In this document: one piece after another, positions 61,198 through 64,000 of the stretch
Layout of the letters: the number at the start of each line of letters is the position of its first letter
Numbering within the stretch: the stretch's first letter is position 1
Assembly (NCBI GenBank): GCA_023920165.1
Contig: CP089277.1
Span: forward strand, 2,666,001-2,730,000
Direction: 5' to 3'
From: Curvularia clavata
Lineage: Eukaryota
DNA: 64,000 nt
The notes under the pieces: model-generated
What the model saw: only the letters and a program-made list of their open reading frames with translations
Database searches by the model: none
Told to the model about the DNA's origin: nothing
Position numbers and translations under genes: made by a program

Positions 61198-62445
61198 TCA
61201 CAAACCGACGGTATGCAGTCTGCGTATTTGCTTCCGGGTGTCTGGAGCTGAGGCCGGAGGAAAGACGTCTCCAGCAGTTGGCCGCGGTCTATGTATCTGC
61301 CTCGCTGGAGTGGGTGGAGTAACAGGTTTAGTCGTCTCAGTAGGCTGCTTGTTCACTCCGCGTGGCGAACGACGTGCTTCGTACCCATCCTCCTCCATGT
61401 CTTCCTCTTCGAGGTCCTCTATATCCTCCTCAAGTTCTCTCAATGCCTCATCGGCAGTTTTGATCTTCCTCTGATGTGTTCGTACCACGCCGCCCCACAG
61501 CGTTTCTAGATCCGTCTCTGCTCTCTTCTCCTCAGTGAACATCTGCACCACCACATTGACGCCTGGTTTGACATCTCTGAATCCCACAAACTCTTGCACA
61601 TTGTCGCCGGGCATGTGCGTATCATCAGGATGCGCCTCCAATTTACCCAAGGTGCAGCAAATCCAACCAGTGCGAATACCGTCGTCAATATTGCCCTCTG
61701 GTATTGCTCCGCCAACGTTTGCCAACATTCTCATACGTTTTGCCTTGCGCCTTAACTTTATCTTCAGCTCGTTCCGGCCTAACAATCCCGCGGCATTTGC
61801 CTTCAAACCGTGTTCTCTTCGTAGGTGCCGACAGAATCTGTCGGCTGCCACGTGCAGGTGCTTTTCTGAACGAGCGGTCGCAATAATCATGATCAGCTTA
61901 GGACCGAGCGCTGGTGGGGGATCAAGATCCCGCAGATCAAGTAGCTGTAAGTCATCCAGACCAGCTGTAACCGAGATATATTCGAGAAGAGTTTCTAGGA
62001 GTGGAGGGGGATTTGGTGGCAGCGCGGGTATCTCGGCGGGCTGTTGTGCTGGTAGCTGCACAGCTGATTGTTGTTTCAAATACCAGGGAACGGAGGCACC
62101 GTGAGTCGGAGATTGCGGAGCGGAGTGGGTGCTTTCGGTCGTGGCCTCTGGCGTACTATTTTCTACATGCTTGACGGAGATTGCGGCGGGATCTTTTGAT
62201 TCGGGATCGGTAGTAGCGTGGGTATCATTGTCGCGAAGGAAGGTAAACTCTGGGTCTTCGTTCGAGGGGTTGTCTTTTTGCAGTTCTCGAGATGTGCTCG
62301 TGCTGAAGGCGCATCGTGAAAGTCTCAGAGGCGAGGGCTGGGATGGTATGCGTCGAGGTCTTGGTAATGTTACCGATGGACGCGCATTGATTTTGAGACA
62401 GGAACTGCAGATTGATCTCGAAGGGACAGCTCTTGAAAACGACAT
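61198..62445 (-). CDS. ATP25: Atp25, RsfS/Iojap-like domain only (415 aa)
   Basis: Mitochondrial presequence. Motifs PWYL, LDLRDLDPPPALGP.LIMIIATARSEKHL, GLLGRNELKIKLRRKAKR, DDGIRTGWIC and VVQMFTEEKR...DLE.LW. Ends QIRRLHTVGL. Confidence 0.85.
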   Translation of the reverse strand: MSFSRAVPSRSICSSCLKINARPSVTLPRPRRIPSQPSPLRLSRCAFSTSTSRELQKDNPSNEDPEFTFLRDNDTHATTDPESKDPAAISVKHVENSTPEATTESTHSAPQSPTHGASVPWYLKQQSAVQLPAQQPAEIPALPPNPPPLLETLLEYISVTAGLDDLQLLDLRDLDPPPALGPKLIMIIATARSEKHLHVAADRFCRHLRREHGLKANAAGLLGRNELKIKLRRKAKRMRMLANVGGAIPEGNIDDGIRTGWICCTLGKLEAHPDDTHMPGDNVQEFVGFRDVKPGVNVVVQMFTEEKRAETDLETLWGGVVRTHQRKIKTADEALRELEEDIEDLEEEDMEEDGYEARRSPRGVNKQPTETTKPVTPPTPARQIHRPRPTAGDVFPPASAPDTRKQIRRLHTVGL

Positions 62446-62778
62446 GTTGAGGTACGATTCGGTGTCGTTGCGCGAGTAGTATCAAAGTTCGCACATTTCT
62501 TAATGACATCGGTCTTTTGCGGACCCCTGCTAGCGTACGGAGCAAATATTTGGTGCGAGGCTGCGGCGGCTGGGTCACTGCTGGGTACAGTATATACTGT
62601 GCATATTGGAATATGTGAAGCAGCACGGTCTTGTTGCATCAACCCAGCAGCGAATATCCAAGAATGCCACCAAATTGCCCTCACAACTTCAAACGTCGGA
62701 ATATTGCAATTGGAGAATGCTCTTCTCCGATGCATTTTACTGGATGGTGGCAAGCGCCACACTAAGCTACACACGTGA

Positions 62779-62831
62779 CGATAAGACCCTTATCAAACAC
62801 GCGCCAGAAGCGGGCAGGAAATTTTGGCGGG
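62779..62831. promoter_or_regulatory. Putative ribosome-biogenesis promoter elements (CGATAAG/CTTATC plus AATTTTGGCGGG)
   Basis: Upstream of NMD3. The second motif matches the URB1 promoter at 11 of 12 positions in reverse orientation. Confidence 0.4.
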
Positions 62832-62995
62832 GTCCGAATGGAGGGTGAATTTCCAAGCATTTTCGCCACACTTTTCGACTCATAATCACTACACGCCTTT
62901 CTGTCTGTTTTATAACCGGACTGTTTTCCCTCTGAAGACGTTGAGGGACCCGAATCAACACGACTAGACAACCACTCGCGGAACCCATCGCCCAA

Positions 62996-64000
62996 ATGGA
63001 CGGCACAATGGCGGATGCTCAGCGCTCCTTTGCGCCCGAGCCCAAGAACGCAGCCACGATTCTCTGCGCTGACTGTGGCGCCCCCGTCGACGGCACACTC
63101 TCCGGAGCCTTCTGCTACGACTGCATAAAACTCAAGACCGATGTCACTGGCGGCATTCAGCGTGAAGCAATTCTGCTCATGTGCCGTGACTGCGACCGAT
63201 GGCTTTCCCCACCTTCGACCTGGGTGGTTGCCCCTCCAGAGTCGCGCGAACTGCTCGCTCTGTGCCTTAGGAAATTGCGTGGACTGAACAAGTTGAGGAT
63301 TATCGATGCGGGTTTCATCTGGACCGAGCCCCATAGCAGGAGGATAAAGGTCAAGATCACAGTGCAGTCGGAACTGAACGAGGGTGCCATTATGCAGCAG
63401 ACCTTCGAGGTCGAGTACACACAAAACTACAACCAGTGCCCTGACTGCGCAAAGAGCTACACGCACAACACATGGAGGGCTTGTGTACAGGTACGACAAA
63501 AGGTGCCGCACAAGAGGACCTTTTTGTACCTGGAGCAGCTGATCCTCAAGCATGGCGCACACAAAGACACCATCAATATCAAAGAAGTACATGACGGCAT
63601 TGACTTCTTCTTCGCGCAGAGAAACCACGCGGTGGCCTTTTGCGACTTTTTGAAGGCCGTCATCCCAGTCAACATCAAGAGGTCTGAGGAACTAATCTCA
63701 CACGACATCCACACCTCGACCAAGAACTACAAGTTTTCTTTCTCGTGCGAGATTGTGCCCATCTGTAAAGATGACCTTGTGGTGCTTCCTATTCCGTTGG
63801 CCAAGAAGATTGGCAACATCTCCCCTCTTACACTCTGCTCCCGCATTGGCACCTCCGTTCAGCTGCTCGACCCCGCAACACTGCAGACTGCCGATGTTGC
63901 CACAGATATCTATTGGCGGACGCCATTCCGCCCACTGGCGGACGTGCAGGAGCTGACTGAGTTCATCGTCCTGGATATCGAGCCTCTGGGCAAGCAATCG
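62996..64000 (+). CDS. NMD3: 60S export adaptor Nmd3 (5' part; runs off the window)
   Basis: Open frame from ATG 62996 with no stop, hence absent from the ORF track. Zn-binding CxxC pairs (CADCG, CYDC, CRDC, CPDC), ESRELLALCL, FIWTEPHSRRIKV and VQVRQKVPHKRTFLYLEQLILKH. Confidence 0.95.
   Translation, partial: MDGTMADAQRSFAPEPKNAATILCADCGAPVDGTLSGAFCYDCIKLKTDVTGGIQREAILLMCRDCDRWLSPPSTWVVAPPESRELLALCLRKLRGLNKLRIIDAGFIWTEPHSRRIKVKITVQSELNEGAIMQQTFEVEYTQNYNQCPDCAKSYTHNTWRACVQVRQKVPHKRTFLYLEQLILKHGAHKDTINIKEVHDGIDFFFAQRNHAVAFCDFLKAVIPVNIKRSEELISHDIHTSTKNYKFSFSCEIVPICKDDLVVLPIPLAKKIGNISPLTLCSRIGTSVQLLDPATLQTADVATDIYWRTPFRPLADVQELTEFIVLDIEPLGKQS

Noticed and set aside
62762..63628. 288-aa antisense ORF, and similar shadow ORFs over other genes
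   Set aside because: It is the antisense shadow of codon-biased NMD3 with no independent coding signal.

Overview
Gene-dense, intron-containing nuclear DNA from a filamentous ascomycete. Short GT-AG introns with CTRAC/CTAAT branch points point to Pezizomycotina, and the protein sequences look Dothideomycete/Pleosporales-like (inference). I reconstructed 27 protein-coding genes by hand. Most are housekeeping genes: ATP17, NDUFS4, Pol delta Cdc27/Pol32, tubulin cofactor D, D-amino-acid oxidase, an OTU deubiquitinase, TRS85, CCA1, URB1, an Eap1-like eIF4E-binding protein, a GH72 Gas/Gel, a bZIP factor, ATP25 and a partial NMD3. An accessory-looking block at about 21-27 kb holds a HET-6-like gene, a small unknown gene and an APH-type kinase. 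No tRNA, rRNA, CRISPR array or intact transposon was recognised. Main observations: (1) the CCA-adding enzyme is fused in frame to a Tti2-like domain, and a latent 65-nt intron at the junction would restore a stand-alone CCA enzyme if spliced; (2) ATP25 keeps only its RsfS half and ends right after an MPP-cleavage-like motif; (3) a small gene missing from the ORF track has two 5' splice donors that feed the same exons in two different open frames; (4) a hairpin-rich non-coding segment at 13.6-14.3 kb may be a structured RNA. All family assignments come from motif recognition, not database searches.
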